DNA of 63,960 nucleotides, counting the filler, from Reticulomyxa filosa (Eukaryota; Protista; Foraminifera), in NCBI GenBank assembly GCA_000512085.1. It is 16 parts of 16 records of this genome, joined end to end, with 100 filler letters (N's around TTAATTAATTAA, not from the genome) between each part and the next. Parts side by side here need not be neighbours in the genome. Positions count along the whole stretch, not along the records: positions 19,560 to 30,690 come from ASPP01018731.1; positions 30,791 to 37,738 come from ASPP01007791.1; 14 more parts are not named here. One strand, 5' to 3'. The translations under genes were made by a program, and so were the position numbers. The notes under the pieces were generated by a model, which was not told where the DNA came from, made no database searches, and saw only the letters and a list, made by a program, of their open reading frames with translations. Positions within the stretch are counted from its first letter, which is position 1. Each line of letters begins with the position of its first letter. This document shows positions 22,801-36,123 of the stretch, piece after piece.

Positions 22801-25379
22801 AATTCCGTGTCTTGGATAAAGAAAACTATTCTCTTCGGAACACCATTGGAGCATTGAAAGAAGAAGTGGAAGATTTGAAGAAGAAAAAGACTGACACTGA
22901 CTACAATAACCATGCCCATGCAAATCCAATCGATGAAAAAATCCGAGAAGAGGACAACGACAACAGTTTTGAGATTGTACACGTATATGTATATATACAT
23001 ATATATATTATTGTGTACATACATATGCACAATATATTGCATTATATTTAGTGAAGGGGGGAGGAACAGTTTATTTCACTCCAAATAAGTTTCTATTTGC
23101 ATTTGTTTTGGGATACGTTAACAGAGAGGTCGCCAGTGCTTTCTCCAAAGGTTTTTGAGACAAATTCCTTCGTTGCGAATGCAACCATGGTATTGGGTTC
23201 CTATTGAAAATGAGTATGTCACAGGGACGAGATGGACTTCTCCGGGGTCCGCTGCACACGACAGCGTGCCTATTCCGGACGATTTTCAACGTCTGTTTCA
23301 AAACCCCACTTCGACCAGTTTTGATATTTCTCTCTCTTAAAAAAAAAATAAAAAATTAACTGTTTTTTTTCTTTCTTAATTTATTAAAAAAAAAAAAAAA
23401 TAGAAAACGACAGAAGTGAAACGCTTAAAAATGCTGGATTATACACGCAAGAGGGATTAATATCTGGCATTAGTCCTCAACGCGAAAAACTTGTAAACAA
23501 TGTACTGAAACAAATGCCGCTTCCGCCGACTCAAATCCGCGCTTGTCTTTTCGACGCGGATGACACTAAATTAGGCAAAGGTGTGATTGAAAAGTTATTG
23601 GCAGTCATTCCACAAAGCGAAGAGAGAAAATATGTCCTACACAAGGTCAACACACTCCAAGTTAAAGCTTCGCAACTGAGTTATGTCGAACAATTTTTCT
23701 TTCAATTGGCCGATATTGACCTGTTAGATTTCAAACTGAAACTGTGGCAGTCGAAACGAAAAGTTTTGTTGTTGTTATTATCATCATTATTTTTAAATTT
23801 TTTTTTTTTTTTTAAAAAGACACTTTACAAATGATTCATGTCGCGACCCTTCTATTGTTTACGTAACTCTTATATATGGTACATATGTGTATGTGTCTCG
23901 TGGATAGCTGCAAGATTGTTTGGATGACTCTTACTCCGAACTGGGCACACTTAAAAATGCGCTTATTGCAATTGACAAATCCGAACATTTGCGTCAAATG
24001 TTACAAATTGTGCTCGCTTTTGGAAACTACATGCATGCGGGCGCAACAGACAGTGATAAACAATCTCCTCATGGAGTTCATGGATTCCATTTGACGTCTT
24101 TGAGAACGCTGAAAACGGTGAAAAGCGCCAATGAATCGATTACTTTACTGACATACATTTACTCCTACTGCAAGACAAAATTTCCAAGCGCATTAAAAGT
24201 AATTGATGATTTGAGACCATGTCACGAAGCCAAAAAACGTTAAATGCGTGATTCTCTGTTGTGTTCACACAAATACACTTACACATTCCCTATGTTGGTA
24301 TTACATATACATATATATGTGTATATTTGTATATGTATGTACATATATATTTGTACTTTGATTTTACTCTATTGTAAACTATTTGAAAACGTTCATTTGC
24401 AAAATAATAATAATAATGGTAATAATATTTGTGACTGTGAAACCTTCTCTCTCTGAATAGTGAAAGGAGCAACCGTATATCAGCATATGATGTTGGCACA
24501 CGAGGAATTGCTGGCGTTCCAGAGACAACTGCGAAAATACAGAGAGCAAAAGAATAAATTAAAAGAAAATGCATCGAATTCCACTAGTCGAGAGAGCACA
24601 ATAAACAAAGAACATGCAAACAAATTTGATGTATCCATTAGTTCATTCAATCGAAAGGCTCGTGACAGTTGGCTCAATCTCGCCACGATGTGGAACACTT
24701 GCATCACCACCGCAACTCGTGTCGCTCAAGAATATGATTTCGAATTTTCTCAAAATGACAGCTTCGAAGAACTTGTTAGCGTTCTGGACGATTTCATTTG
24801 CGATCTAAGTCAAGCTCATAGTTATTCGGGAAATTCGCAAAATCACAAAAATATCCAAAGTTAATCGTTCGCAGTTTAGTTCTTTTGTACACACATTTAC
24901 CCTTTTTTTAAAAAAAAATTGTGATGGAGAGTTTGCTAAATGGCCCACTGTTTTGCATTTCTTGCATGCGGTTTTGCTAAAGGAAAGAAATCTCGTGATC
25001 TACGACTCATTACCACGAAACTTAAAAGAAAGTTACAAAAAAGACCTTCACTTCGCGAACTTCAAAGGAGAAACATTATTTTAGATAACTATGCCATTGA
25101 CAAGGCAAAAAAAAAAAGTGAAGCAAAAAAAGAGTTCCAAGTTCATGCCCTTTTTTATGACCGTGCTGACACTCACAAAGGCACCAGCATTTTGCTCTGG
25201 AGCCAATGTCTGTGAAAAAGGTTCAGTTGTTGGAAAATTTGGCCAAATCCAATGATTTCACCAATCAAATGTCCAACACTGTCGAAGCGGTTCAAAAACC
25301 AAAGCGAAGAAAACATTCGCTAACTAGCACGGAGATTCAAATCGGCACGCAAAATGCCACTTGCCTTACAAGAGGATAA
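19824..25379 (+). CDS. Formin (FH2 domain) with long disordered N-terminus and C-terminal RPEL motif; multi-exon, 5' end off contig, stop position uncertain (25379 or 25392)
   Basis: Has the lasso MQPWYWVPIENEYVTGTRW, the post LQIVLAFGNYMHAG...GFHLTSLRTLKTVKSANESITLLTYI, and the RPEL motif LKRKLQKRPSLRELQRRNIIL. Confidence 0.85.
22117..22232 (+). repeat. (AAT/AAC)n microsatellite encoding a poly-Asn tract inside the formin
   Basis: Imperfect AAT repeats lie in frame within ORF 21240-23051. Confidence 0.9.
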
Positions 25380-25721
25380 AGAAGTGGAGTGAGGATTTTC
25401 ATGTGTGTTTTGTGTTTGTGTTCGTTGGTTTTTTTTTAAGTTCAATTTTGTCTTTTATCCTTGTTTTTTATTTCTTTGTTTGTTGAATGTATTTGTACAA
25501 CCTAGAGTTTTTGTTGTTGAGTTTTATTTTTCGTCACAAATCAGACGGATGCGAGTGCTACATTACTTCGATCCCTTTGCCAGCAAAGCAAAAAGACTTT
25601 TGTTGACAGCAAAACTCTAAATTAACTATGAATGAAATTTCTTTTTTGCCTCACTAAAGAGGCCCCTCTTTTGCGTCTTTTTTGTTTGAAAAGTGTCAAC
25701 AGAATCATTTAGTATCACAAA

Positions 25722-26714
25722 ATGTCCAACGGTGGAGAGAAAGGAAATGGTGATTATCATGAAAAAGCAACAGGCAAATCATCTTTGGTATAGTGTTGTT
25801 AACGTTTACGCAGCTGTGTTTTTTCCGAATAACAGCTTAGTTTTTTTTGCAAACAGAAATATCCGAAATGGCAAGCCTATTCCGGGATTGCATTTTCAAC
25901 TTTTACGTCACTTCATTTGTTTAACCATTTTGTAACAGTATTTGGAGACAAAATCGACAACCATATGCGATGGACCACTCTCTTTCGAAAATACTATCAA
26001 TCGCCACTTGTTGAAACAGGATTAGCAACAGCATTGATTGTTCATATTTACTGTGCAGTTATGCAAATTTTCAATTCGATAGAAATCTCTCTTGCGCTTT
26101 TTATTTTCAATTATTGTTATTTATTTATCTTTAACTAGTAGTTATTTTTTAATACAAGCATAAATGGTTTAAAATTAAAGGCTCAACAAATCAAATCTCG
26201 TGTAAAATTGGTGCCGGAGGGACTACCGTTATCACACAAATTGCATCGCTACAGCGGCTACTTTTTGGGGACAGTGATACTTGGCCATATTTATGCGGTG
26301 AGACTGGGGCCGATACGCTTTTTTGGGTATAAGAACACCAGTGAGTTGGACAGCACATTTATCTCATGGACCTTAAAGGAATATGGTATTGCATTTTATA
26401 CTTACTACACGTTGCTATTTGCCTCTGGTCTGTATCATTCTCTCTTTGGGTTGTACCACTCTGCCTGGATTTTGAAGAAGCAAAAACCAGTCTCACAATA
26501 TTCGTCTGTTTGGAAATGGATTGCTGCTTTATCTGTTATTTCAGGAGGTATGCCTTTTTTAATTATTTTTTTTAACGTGTACTTGTGTGCGCACATTTTT
26601 TTTTTGGGTACAGGACTTGCTGTGTTTTCGTTAAGTGGTGAACGCTTTCCAATCGATATCCCGAAAGACAGTGTTTATAAAGCGTTGGAGAAGAGCTTGT
26701 TTCTTAGAAATTAA
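25722..26714 (+). CDS. MCP1/DUF1691-like His-containing membrane protein (multi-exon)
   Basis: The spliced reading is WQAYSGIAFSTFTSLHLFNHF...FRKYYQSPLVE...LIVHIY...LHRYSGYFLGTVILGHIYAVR...YYTLLFASGLYHSLFGL, with four intramembrane His in cytochrome-b-like spacing. Confidence 0.62.
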
Positions 26715-28420
26715 GGTTTTCTTAGTTTTTTGTACAATAAACTTCTTCAGTAATTCAATATATGCACAAAATTTGGTATATTATTCAAATAAATAAATGA
26801 GCGCCACAAAAAAGTCGCATTTCTCTCACGCACTTGTTTATGTTTACAATATCACTAAAGTGCACTGATTGATACAATCTTTCAAATGGCCGCAAATCTG
26901 AAAGAAATTTCTAGTGATTGATATATTTCCGTGCCAATATATTTTAAGTTGGAATATTGGAGTAAATGATTTGCTACAAATAATCTCTATTCCTTTGTTA
27001 CTTTCACCGTTGATGACTAAAAAACTTCAACGTTGCCTTTTTGCATTATTGTTTTTAAAACAAAACCGCAGATTTAGTTAGCAAAAAATAAATAGCATAT
27101 AGTTATCTTATAAAATGTAGTGTGCTCGTACAGAAAAAAAGACTGTAACGATGAAAAATATAAATAATAACATTTGTTTGATGATAATATGATGATTTAA
27201 ATAATTTACGTATTTTCATTTTGACATATTATGTGCTATTTTGCATGTAAATTTTGTGAAATTGTATGATATATCAAGTGACCAATGTATATATACATTT
27301 GTTTGTAAATGCAAGTGTTATTTCAATCTTTATTCGTTTTAAGGAAAAAACTTCTTCAAGTAATGCTGGACAATACAAACATTCGCGAATAGATGAAGCA
27401 ATACTGTGCTATTCCAATGCAGTACAATGAAAATATAACATACTTGAATTTCGAATCGCTTGTGATACAATGGCTTGTAATTATATGTAAGTATATTCAT
27501 TTTATTTTGTTTCAAAGCATTTTTACAATTAATATGTATATTTTGATGTGCTATTTTATGTTTATGTTTGCATGTATCATTGTGTTGAACGTTGACGAAT
27601 TGAAATCTTTCAAATAATTCGTCGTAATAATGTAAAATAAAGGCATTTTGAATTTGTGATATTATATTATCATTATCTTTGTTATTTGTGGCGTGTGATT
27701 TACAATATTGTGACATAGTCGCAACTAAAAGCATCTTTGTCATCAATGATGTTGGGTGTATATACAAGAAATCAGCAATAATATTTCCACTTACAAGAAA
27801 ATACATGGATTAGAATGAAAATTCTATCAATTGTAGCGCATATCTTGACTATATACTGTTCTTATGCATCAATGATAATGTGGACAATGTGGCCAAGTGT
27901 TTATGATCGGTATATGAAATAAATTTGCAAAGTAGCAATATGTATAAATCCTTTTTTGATTTTTGCCAATTTAATTGATTATTAAATTGTTTTAAAATAA
28001 ATTTTATAAGAACCAAAACACAATAATATCTTTGTGGTAATGCTGCTACAACTAATAATACATTTGCTAAAAATTATTATGAAGTTTTGTTGATAATCAC
28101 TTTCTGATTTAATTCGTATACTTGTCGTTTGACATCGTCATCGTATGCTTTATTTAAATGATATTGTTTATGTTTAATTAGCTTTGTTGGAGGCATCAGC
28201 TGCAACTTCATTTCTACGTATATTATTTGTTAAATGTCAAGTGCATTTGTGAATGTTAGCCTTTGATTCTATTCGACCAATCTTTCAATGTTCCATTTTA
28301 TTTTTGTGTTGTACATTACTAATCTTCGGTTTTATATGATTATTTTTATAGTCTACTACTTTGATATTGACATTGTTACATGTGAATTTAACATATATGC
28401 TAATTTCGACATTCTAAATA

Positions 28421-29346
28421 CAGTAAGATAAAAAAGAAAGTTGACACATAAAATGCCACCTTATATGATGATTGTGATTCTCCATGAAAAAACAACATTT
28501 AATCAAAATTTTTTTAAAAATATCTACAAACCGTGTAGTTTTTAAATATCATTTTGGTTTTTTATTAAGTCTTTACAATTTTTTCAAAAATTTTAATCTT
28601 TCATTTACTTTAAAAAAATTTTTTGTAGTTGTCTGATTATGATAAGATTTGTTTTTCAAAATTTAATTCAAGTTTACCAACGTGTTAAATATCTTTTGAC
28701 TTTTTTAACTGAATGTATTTTCTTTGGGATCGACTTTATTAAGGTTTTACAATGTTTGTTTCTATTTTTTCACATTTGTTTCGAATTAATTACAAAGTTC
28801 TTACGTAGTATTAAATGTCCCTTTTTTGTGATCCTTGTCTTTACTATCCACCAAAGATTTTCAATTGGATTTAAAGTATGTGAATTTGGAGAAAAATGCA
28901 TTATTTTTATTTTTTTTTATTTTACCATTTCATAATTTTTTCCGATTATGGCATGTTGCATTATCTTGCTGGAAAATCCAATCTTCTTTATTTTCTAAGC
29001 AGAAATTGACGTTCTTTAGCATTTCAGATAAAATTTATATATATATCAATATTTAATACATCTTACAAGTGTAACATGTTCATAATGCTCCAAAACATAG
29101 ACAGACTAAAATACTTCTACCACAAAATTTTGTTATTTTGTTATGAAATTTCATCCAATGGCTGTCAATCAATATTTCGGCAACAAAATAATCAAAAAGA
29201 CAAAAATAAATATCAAACACCTAAAAAAAAAAAGGAAAATATCAAAAATTGTTTAAAAAAAGATTGGCAGTTGTTTTTTCATTGAGAAACACAATCATCT
29301 CTATAAGGTGGCATTTTAGATTTCAACTTTCTTTTTTATCTTACTG
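28421..29346 (-). mobile_element. Non-autonomous Tc1-like transposon with both ends intact (926 bp, ~76-bp TIRs, TA target duplication)
   Basis: TIRs at 28421-28496 and 29270-29346 both begin CAGTAAGATAAAAAAGAAAGTTGA, and TA flanks both ends. The minus strand has WIFQQDNATCH and LNPIENLW, with 100 nt between the D and E codons (about DD34E). Confidence 0.92.
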
Positions 29347-30473
29347 TATTTGCACTTGTATATTTGACGATATCGTTTATTGTATTTTAGTTATTATTTT
29401 TTTGATCTTTGCGATTTGTATTATCGTTTTCAGATTATGATTTCATATGTTGCAATTCTAATATTGCGTCACATTGATGATGTTCAAATCTTTCGTTCTA
29501 CAGTATTAACACATATGATAATTGTCGCAATACGCTACGTGATAGTATGAAGTTATGTAGTATGTTTATCACAACATAAAAACTTTTTTACAAGCAATAA
29601 CAAAGAAGTAATAAATTACAACACCAAATTCGCGATTCACACGATGCATACATAATATCTTTTTCGTTAAAGTGTAGGAGAAGCTCCTACTATATAGATA
29701 GAATCGTTAAAGTTGCTGATGAGCTCCCGGTGGATTAAACTTTTCATAACACTAGTGTTTTCTTTTCTCGTTTTAATCTGGTGTTTCGGTGTACTCATTT
29801 CCACACATTTGTTTTCCTTTTCTTTATTTAATCTTTTTCGTTGATACTTGCTCAAAAGAGCTAATTAACATTTCGTATTACATTTAGTAATATTTCATCG
29901 GCAGCATACTCCCACAAAAGCAAGCCCAAATTATGACAATGCATTTATCAAGCATTGATCTCTTGATTTTGGCACTATCTCCTAAGTTTTTGTTTGTCTA
30001 TTTTAAAAGTATTTACTATCGATCAAACATAAATTTTTGCTTCACATAAAAAGATATATTCTTCACAATAAATTCAAAACTAGAAATAATATAACTATCT
30101 TCCAAGTATAGCTTTTTCTTCTTAATCGCTGCAATTAAACCAGTTTAAGAGCCAAATTGTAAAATGATAACAACAAAAAATACATAAAAAAAATATGCTT
30201 AAATATTTTTCATGGAGAAAATCGATTTTCTTCATAAGGGTGCCACTTATGTATGCTATTTTTTTTTGCAATATGTATGTGCATTTTGATCGACAACGCA
30301 ATGTGAGTTCTTTGAATTAGAAAAAAAAGTAATAAAATCAGAAGTTAAAAACTTGGTGTCAATCGAAGGTTAACAATTATATCAATTAGTTTTTCAGAGT
30401 ATTTGCATTAGTCTCTGGAGATGAAGTTTGTATTTGACAAAAATGTTATCGTTTAGAAATAGCAACAAAAAAG

Positions 30474-30670
30474 TTACACTGTGTGTTCCTTCCATGCTTC
30501 AAATTGTGCATCGTTTACTGTTAAAGCCATATGATGCTTCCATCCATGAACTATTTTTATTATTTTTTGTGGTAATGTTATTACCTTAGGAGTAGGATAA
30601 TTTTCTAATCGTTCAGCTTCTCCTCCGTAGGTGACAATACTTCCGCAATCTAACAAAAGAGTGCACAAAT
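30474..30670 (-). CDS. RCC1-like repeat protein, last exon fragment
   Basis: YPTPKVITLPQKIIKIVHGWKHHMALT resembles an RCC1 blade. Confidence 0.5.
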
Positions 30671-30807
30671 ATCTTTCTTTTTTTTTTTTTNNNNNNNNNN
30701 NNNNNNNNNNNNNNNNNNNNNNNNNNNNNNNNNNTTAATTAATTAANNNNNNNNNNNNNNNNNNNNNNNNNNNNNNNNNNNNNNNNNNNNAAAAAAAAAA
30801 AAAAAAT

Positions 30808-31437
30808 CTAAACGGTGATCGAGTATTGAGCCAAGCATGGACAATGCCAATCTGAAATTGGACTCTCATCAAAACCTTGACTCTTCGAACATCCCATAAC
30901 AACAATAATCCATTCAAATCCGAGGTCAGCAATTTACCGCCATTTCGTGACCAACTCACACTCGAAACTGTACCACTATGTCCAACCAATGACTTTGCGA
31001 TCGTGCAAGTTTCAAAGTCCCAACTGTTTCATTGGAAACATTTTTTTTTTTTTTTTTTTGTAGTGTTCAAGATAAACTTTTGAATAATATCTTTTCTTTT
31101 TTTTGTTCTCTTTTCTCTGGGTTGATAAGGTGTGTACATGACAAAAAAAACAAAAAAACCTCGACCAAACACAACTCATCAACACCTAACATGTTGACAA
31201 CGCCGTTGTGACATCCGGCTGCTAGCAAGGTCCCTCTTCGATTGAACGCACAACAACAACAAGCACCCAGTTCGATTGGCAAAGCCGTCACAAGTTTCTT
31301 TGGATAGTCACAGTCCACTGGTTCTGTCCGTGACGAAGGGGAAAGGGAGGCGTAGAACAAACAACAAAGTTAAAAAATGTCAGCTTTCTTCCATTTAAGG
31401 ACAAAACAATATAAGTACCTCTAAAACGCAGATTCAT
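30808..31437 (-). CDS. RBBP5: COMPASS/SET1 complex WD40 subunit RBBP5/Swd1, 5' part
   Basis: The spliced reading MNLRFR|EPVDCDYPKK...CAFNRRGTLLAAGCHNG...WDFETCTIAKSLVGHSGTVSSVSWSRNGGKLL matches the RBBP5 N-terminus (MNL...YP...FNRxGTLLAxGCxxG...WDF.T). Confidence 0.85.
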
Positions 31438-33141
31438 GTGCACAAATTCTTTCGTATTATAATTTCGAAAAGTGACAGAATAATCACTCCCTAAATAAAA
31501 AGGGCACCCTCTAGTCAAACTGTCAAAACAGAAGCACTCAAGTACTCCGTACTAATTTCCTAGCTTAACATGTTTTTTTGCTTTGAAATGAAAACGAAAA
31601 TACTTCCACGACAAAGAATGATATTCGAGCTAGTGGGAATAGAAAGGAATGAAAGTAAATTTATTGATAAGTTAAAGCAGAAGATGTTTTTTTTTTTAGA
31701 TATGCAATCATGATTATCCTCTTTTTCATCAGGTAGCCCATTAATGTAATAATTTCCAACAATACAATAAATAATAAACAACAAACAACAAATAAAGATA
31801 AATTATGAATATTTTCGAAACTACTTGTTAATAATTGGCCAAATAATAAACACTAAACCCATTGATTATGGCATCTTTTTCCAAGCAAGTCAATTATTAG
31901 CAATGTACGGATGCACATTTCAAGTCATCGTAATAATACACTTTTTGACATATCCAAATAAGGTTACATATATCGCTTATCATTTCACTTGCAATGAATC
32001 AAATTTGTAAAATTAATTACATACAAATTGGGTTAATCTTAATGGAATATTATTGTTCGTATTGGTTTGTTCTTTTCCATTCATTCTTTTCAATTTGTAA
32101 TTTCTTTGATTAAAATGAATGATTGTATCAATGTTTCATTGATCGCTTCCAATTTTCAAATTAGTTCATGGTGATTCCTTCAATGTATAATGTTTCAATA
32201 TTGCTTGCATTTCAATAAAATATCATGTTTTGAGACATACAAATTTAATGATGATTCAATCCAGGTTTAATTGCATATGATATTTGATTATTAACACTTG
32301 TAATTATTGAATCATCAAATAAATTCTTGTCTGAATCAATTGACATTTCGTACAATGTTAATTTAACTGATAATTTTGGCTTGGATGCCAGGTAAAGGCC
32401 ATTTGTGCAACATCTTCGCAAATTAATTCCACTAATTTCATTTCTTTTTGTTATTAATCAATTCCATTTCAATCTAATATTTGTTTCATTCGTTTCATAT
32501 TTAATTTTCCATATAATTATCAATTTTATATTCATTTTATAATATTTCATCTCAATCCATTAAGCCATCTTTTTTAAATTTCATTTTCATTTTTCGTTTG
32601 TTGTCAATTTCATTGAATCCAATAAAGACATACTTTTTCTATGTTTTGGGAATGTCGTGTGCTTTGACATGTTCATCTTCTTATTCTTATTCTTTCAAAA
32701 AATTCTCTTCCTAATGGAGCGATGAGCAATGAAGGGGACCCTTGAATCTTAAAACTGAAGTTTTGTCGTTTTTTTAAATCTGCAAAAAGATGATAATTAT
32801 TTTAGATTATTGTTTATGTAATTTTTGATTTGCAATGAATAAATGCTTGTGGAATTTACATAATGTTTCAAATTTTTTCATGTAGATCTTCTTCAGTTGT
32901 TTGAAATAAAAATAAACAAAAATAAAGGATAATGCGTTGAGATTGTTATATATTTTTATGCATTGTAGAAAGTGATGAAACAAAATAATTTGTTTTATCA
33001 AGAAAAATAAATGATAGAATTACTTTGTATTATCACATGATATTATTTAATCATGAAACAAGAAAGACGAAAAATTTTTTTGAAGTAAGTTTGCCAGGAG
33101 CTTTGAAAAAATTGGCCATAAAAAGTTTGAAAAGAGTCTAA

Positions 33142-34007
33142 ATGGATGCTTCTCGAGGCAACTTTGCTCCAGTACATAGAGCTGGGATGCATTTAGCACC
33201 GTCACAATTGCAAGGTGTGCCAACAATGGTACCACAGCAGTTCAGTTCAATGAACCCAGTGCAGGCTCCAGCACACTTGATGCAGCACCACCCAGCGATG
33301 ATGCCCTTCAACCTCTCAAAGATGTCTCAGATGGGTGTCCCAATGCACCCGAGCGCAGAAATGGCGAGCAACATACCCGTTTCGACCACCGCGCTGCAGT
33401 CGCTGCAATTGCCAATGGCTGACGTCGACACACAAGGGCCAGTGTTTTCAGAAAACGGACAGCCAAAAGCACAACCCCAGCCCATACAATCACCTTTGCC
33501 ATCAACTCAAGTTTTTTTTTTATATACTGAAATAAGGGGGGAGTTAAAAAAAAAAAAAGGGGCCATTGTTTAAAAAAAAAACTATTTAAAAAAAAAAAAA
33601 AGGATCTAATCAGAAGAGAATCAATTCTAGAGCTTTTAAAAAGTATAAATGTACCATACCATGTGGACAATGCAACTCAAGAATTCTTAAGCGAAGTGGG
33701 ACTGCACTTCGTTCGCAAAGTGTTTGATAAGGCCATACGCTACGCTTTGGAAAGGGACAGCACGAGCGTCGATATAAAGGACATCCAACGTGCTCTCAAT
33801 AAATACTCTTACATTCCGCCCTCGCCCTCTCAGAGTGGCGGACGAGATCTCAACTTAGATTGCACTACCACTTCTGCAAAACATATTCACATGTTCAATA
33901 GCAAAGCTGCCTATGCGAGCCATCGCAGGAGATTGGCTTTGGTTGATAAACTTCGCGTCAGACAAGACAAAAAAGATAGTAAAGATAAAAAACAATCCAA
34001 TAAATAA
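33142..34007 (+). CDS. TAF12: TFIID subunit 12-like histone-fold protein (intron 33511-33602)
   Basis: Has a Q/P/M-rich N-terminus and the histone fold VDNATQEFLSEVGLHFVRKVFDKAIRYALERDSTSVDIKDIQRAL. The C-terminal SHRRRLALVDK resembles TAF12 AHKQRMALIRK. Confidence 0.75.
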
Positions 34008-35029
34008 ATTTCCTTTTTTTTTTTTAAAGGGGGAGGGCACTGAGGATATAGTGCATTTCTGAGGGAAGCAATTCTATCACAAAGTAATTGGAAAAGGGGG
34101 GAGAGCGAGAAAAAAAAACTCTTTATTTTACGATAACGTTCAGCAGTAATCTTAAAAACAAAAAATAACAAAAAAAGTCATTGTGTGCTGAATAAGATGA
34201 CCTCACTTTGCACAAAAAACATTTTATATATGCATATACCGGTATCGATATCTGTCTCGTGCGTCCATTTTTGTGCATAAAAGTTGCCTATTCTTTTTAC
34301 TTTTGCTATCAATGAAAGGATTTGCTCCAAAACAAATGTCTCACTAACAATCAACTAGCCTAATTCAATTGGATCGAAATTGTCGATTACTGCAAAAAGA
34401 TTTCAAATAAAACATGTTTTCATGTTTGAAAAAAAGTGAAATCGAATTGCAAAATACTTTTCAGAGGAATGGTTCATCTTCCTAAAAATAACTGCAATAT
34501 TTGAAAAAAATTTACTAGTTGATTGATTTTAAAAATTAAAATCAATTAAACTTTGCCTTTGTCATATCTCTCTTCCTTTTAGGTAAACGCCGTTTTTGAA
34601 ATAGGCGCAATTGTTATAAATACTATCTTAAAATTAAGTGATTTTAACCAAATTTTCAGAGAATGTTGTGCAAAGTCCTTTGAATACTTATTGAATATGT
34701 GTGATTGCCTTGAAACTTTGCCATTTTTTTTCAACAGTTGTAAAATAATTGTTATGTGAAATACATAAAGCATATTTGAGATAATTTCAATGAAATTGTA
34801 AATCAACAATTCAAGTAAGTGATATTTTTGTCTGACATTTGTTTCAGAAAAACGGTATCTTGTAGCTTGTATTGTAATTACTGTAAAACTCAAACGTAGT
34901 TTTTTTTTTCTGTTTAGCATAGTAATAATATTCTATTTAAATATTTGAACTAGTATTTTTGAAAATTTCGTAAGTGTCTGTCTTATCTGACTGAGTGAAT
35001 TGTTGACTTGCAATTTTGAACAAGGTGAA

Positions 35030-36123
35030 ATGGGAAGTAGTACAGCAAAGACAAACGGAAGCAAAGAAGAAAAATTGGTAAAAAAGATGTGAATAAATTT
35101 ACAACATTATCAAAGACAAAATAAAAACAAAACAAGTGAAGAAGAGACCAACCAAATATTGAGCAATTGGCTCCGATCTTGTTCAATGCAACGACGATGG
35201 GTGAATGATTTGAACAAAATGATTGCAAAATATGTTAAATACATGTATATATGCATGCACTTGTAATTACCCGTTTACATGAATTGTATTATTGTATCTA
35301 CAGGCCAAATACTTTAAAATCTTGAAAGTGATTGCAAGTCACTCTTATGTAACGAAGAGCATAGCCTTTTCCCCAGATGGAAGCACAATTGTTTCCTCAG
35401 CAAATGATAAAACACTTCGAATTTGGGATGTGAAATCAGACAGAAATAAAAGCATTGAAAGGACATTCAAGTGGTACCAATGATGCATATTTTTCATCAG
35501 ATGGTAGCATGGTTATATCATGTGGAAATGATCGAACAGTTCGATTGTGGGATATACAAACAGGGAAACAAATAAGAGAATTGGAATCCCGTGAATGGAA
35601 TATGATAAAAGCTCGACTTTCATCGGATGGAAATACCATTATAGCCCTTTCAATTGCTTCTTTTATTACATTATGGGATGTAAAATCTGGACAAACAATT
35701 CCAATTCGAGCAAGGACATTAGGCCACGCAGAAGATGTAAATTTTTCACCAGATGGTCAACCGATTGCATTAGCTTTAAACAATAATATAATTGACTTGT
35801 GGAATATACAATCAAACGAAAGGCTAAAACAATTGCAAAGACATTTGGATGCTGTAAGCACAGCAAGCTTTTCTGTGGATGGTCAATTTATTATATCTTG
35901 TGCACTTGATAATACAACTATAATTTGGAATACAATGACCGGAGAACAAATAAAAAAATTTTATGAATAGGTGAATAAAATATATAGTGTAAAATTTGCA
36001 TCGAATGTTCAAATTATTGTTTTATACTTGGGTAATGACACAATCCAATGGCAGGACGTGGAAACAGGACAAGAGCTTGTTATAACATCTTTGGACGATG
36101 GAACCATTTTATTATGGAAATGA
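35030..36123 (+). pseudogene. WD40-repeat gene of the expanded family, frameshifted with premature stop
   Basis: Reads MGSSTAK..., then a module exon ending at 35233, then WD repeats split between ORFs 35292-35483 and 35455-35970. There is a TAG at 35968 with WD-like sequence continuing beyond it. Confidence 0.75.

Noticed and set aside
27300-28400. Possible decayed genes at 27300-28400, 13400-14400 and 31800-32700
   Set aside because: The fragments look protein-like but have many stops and no motif I can assign, so they were left uncalled.
15543-28935. Similar plus-strand ORFs at 15543-15743 and 28639-28935 (FTIHQRFS.GFK) as a small gene family
   Set aside because: They are the antisense of the Tc1 transposase SPDLNPIENLW region.
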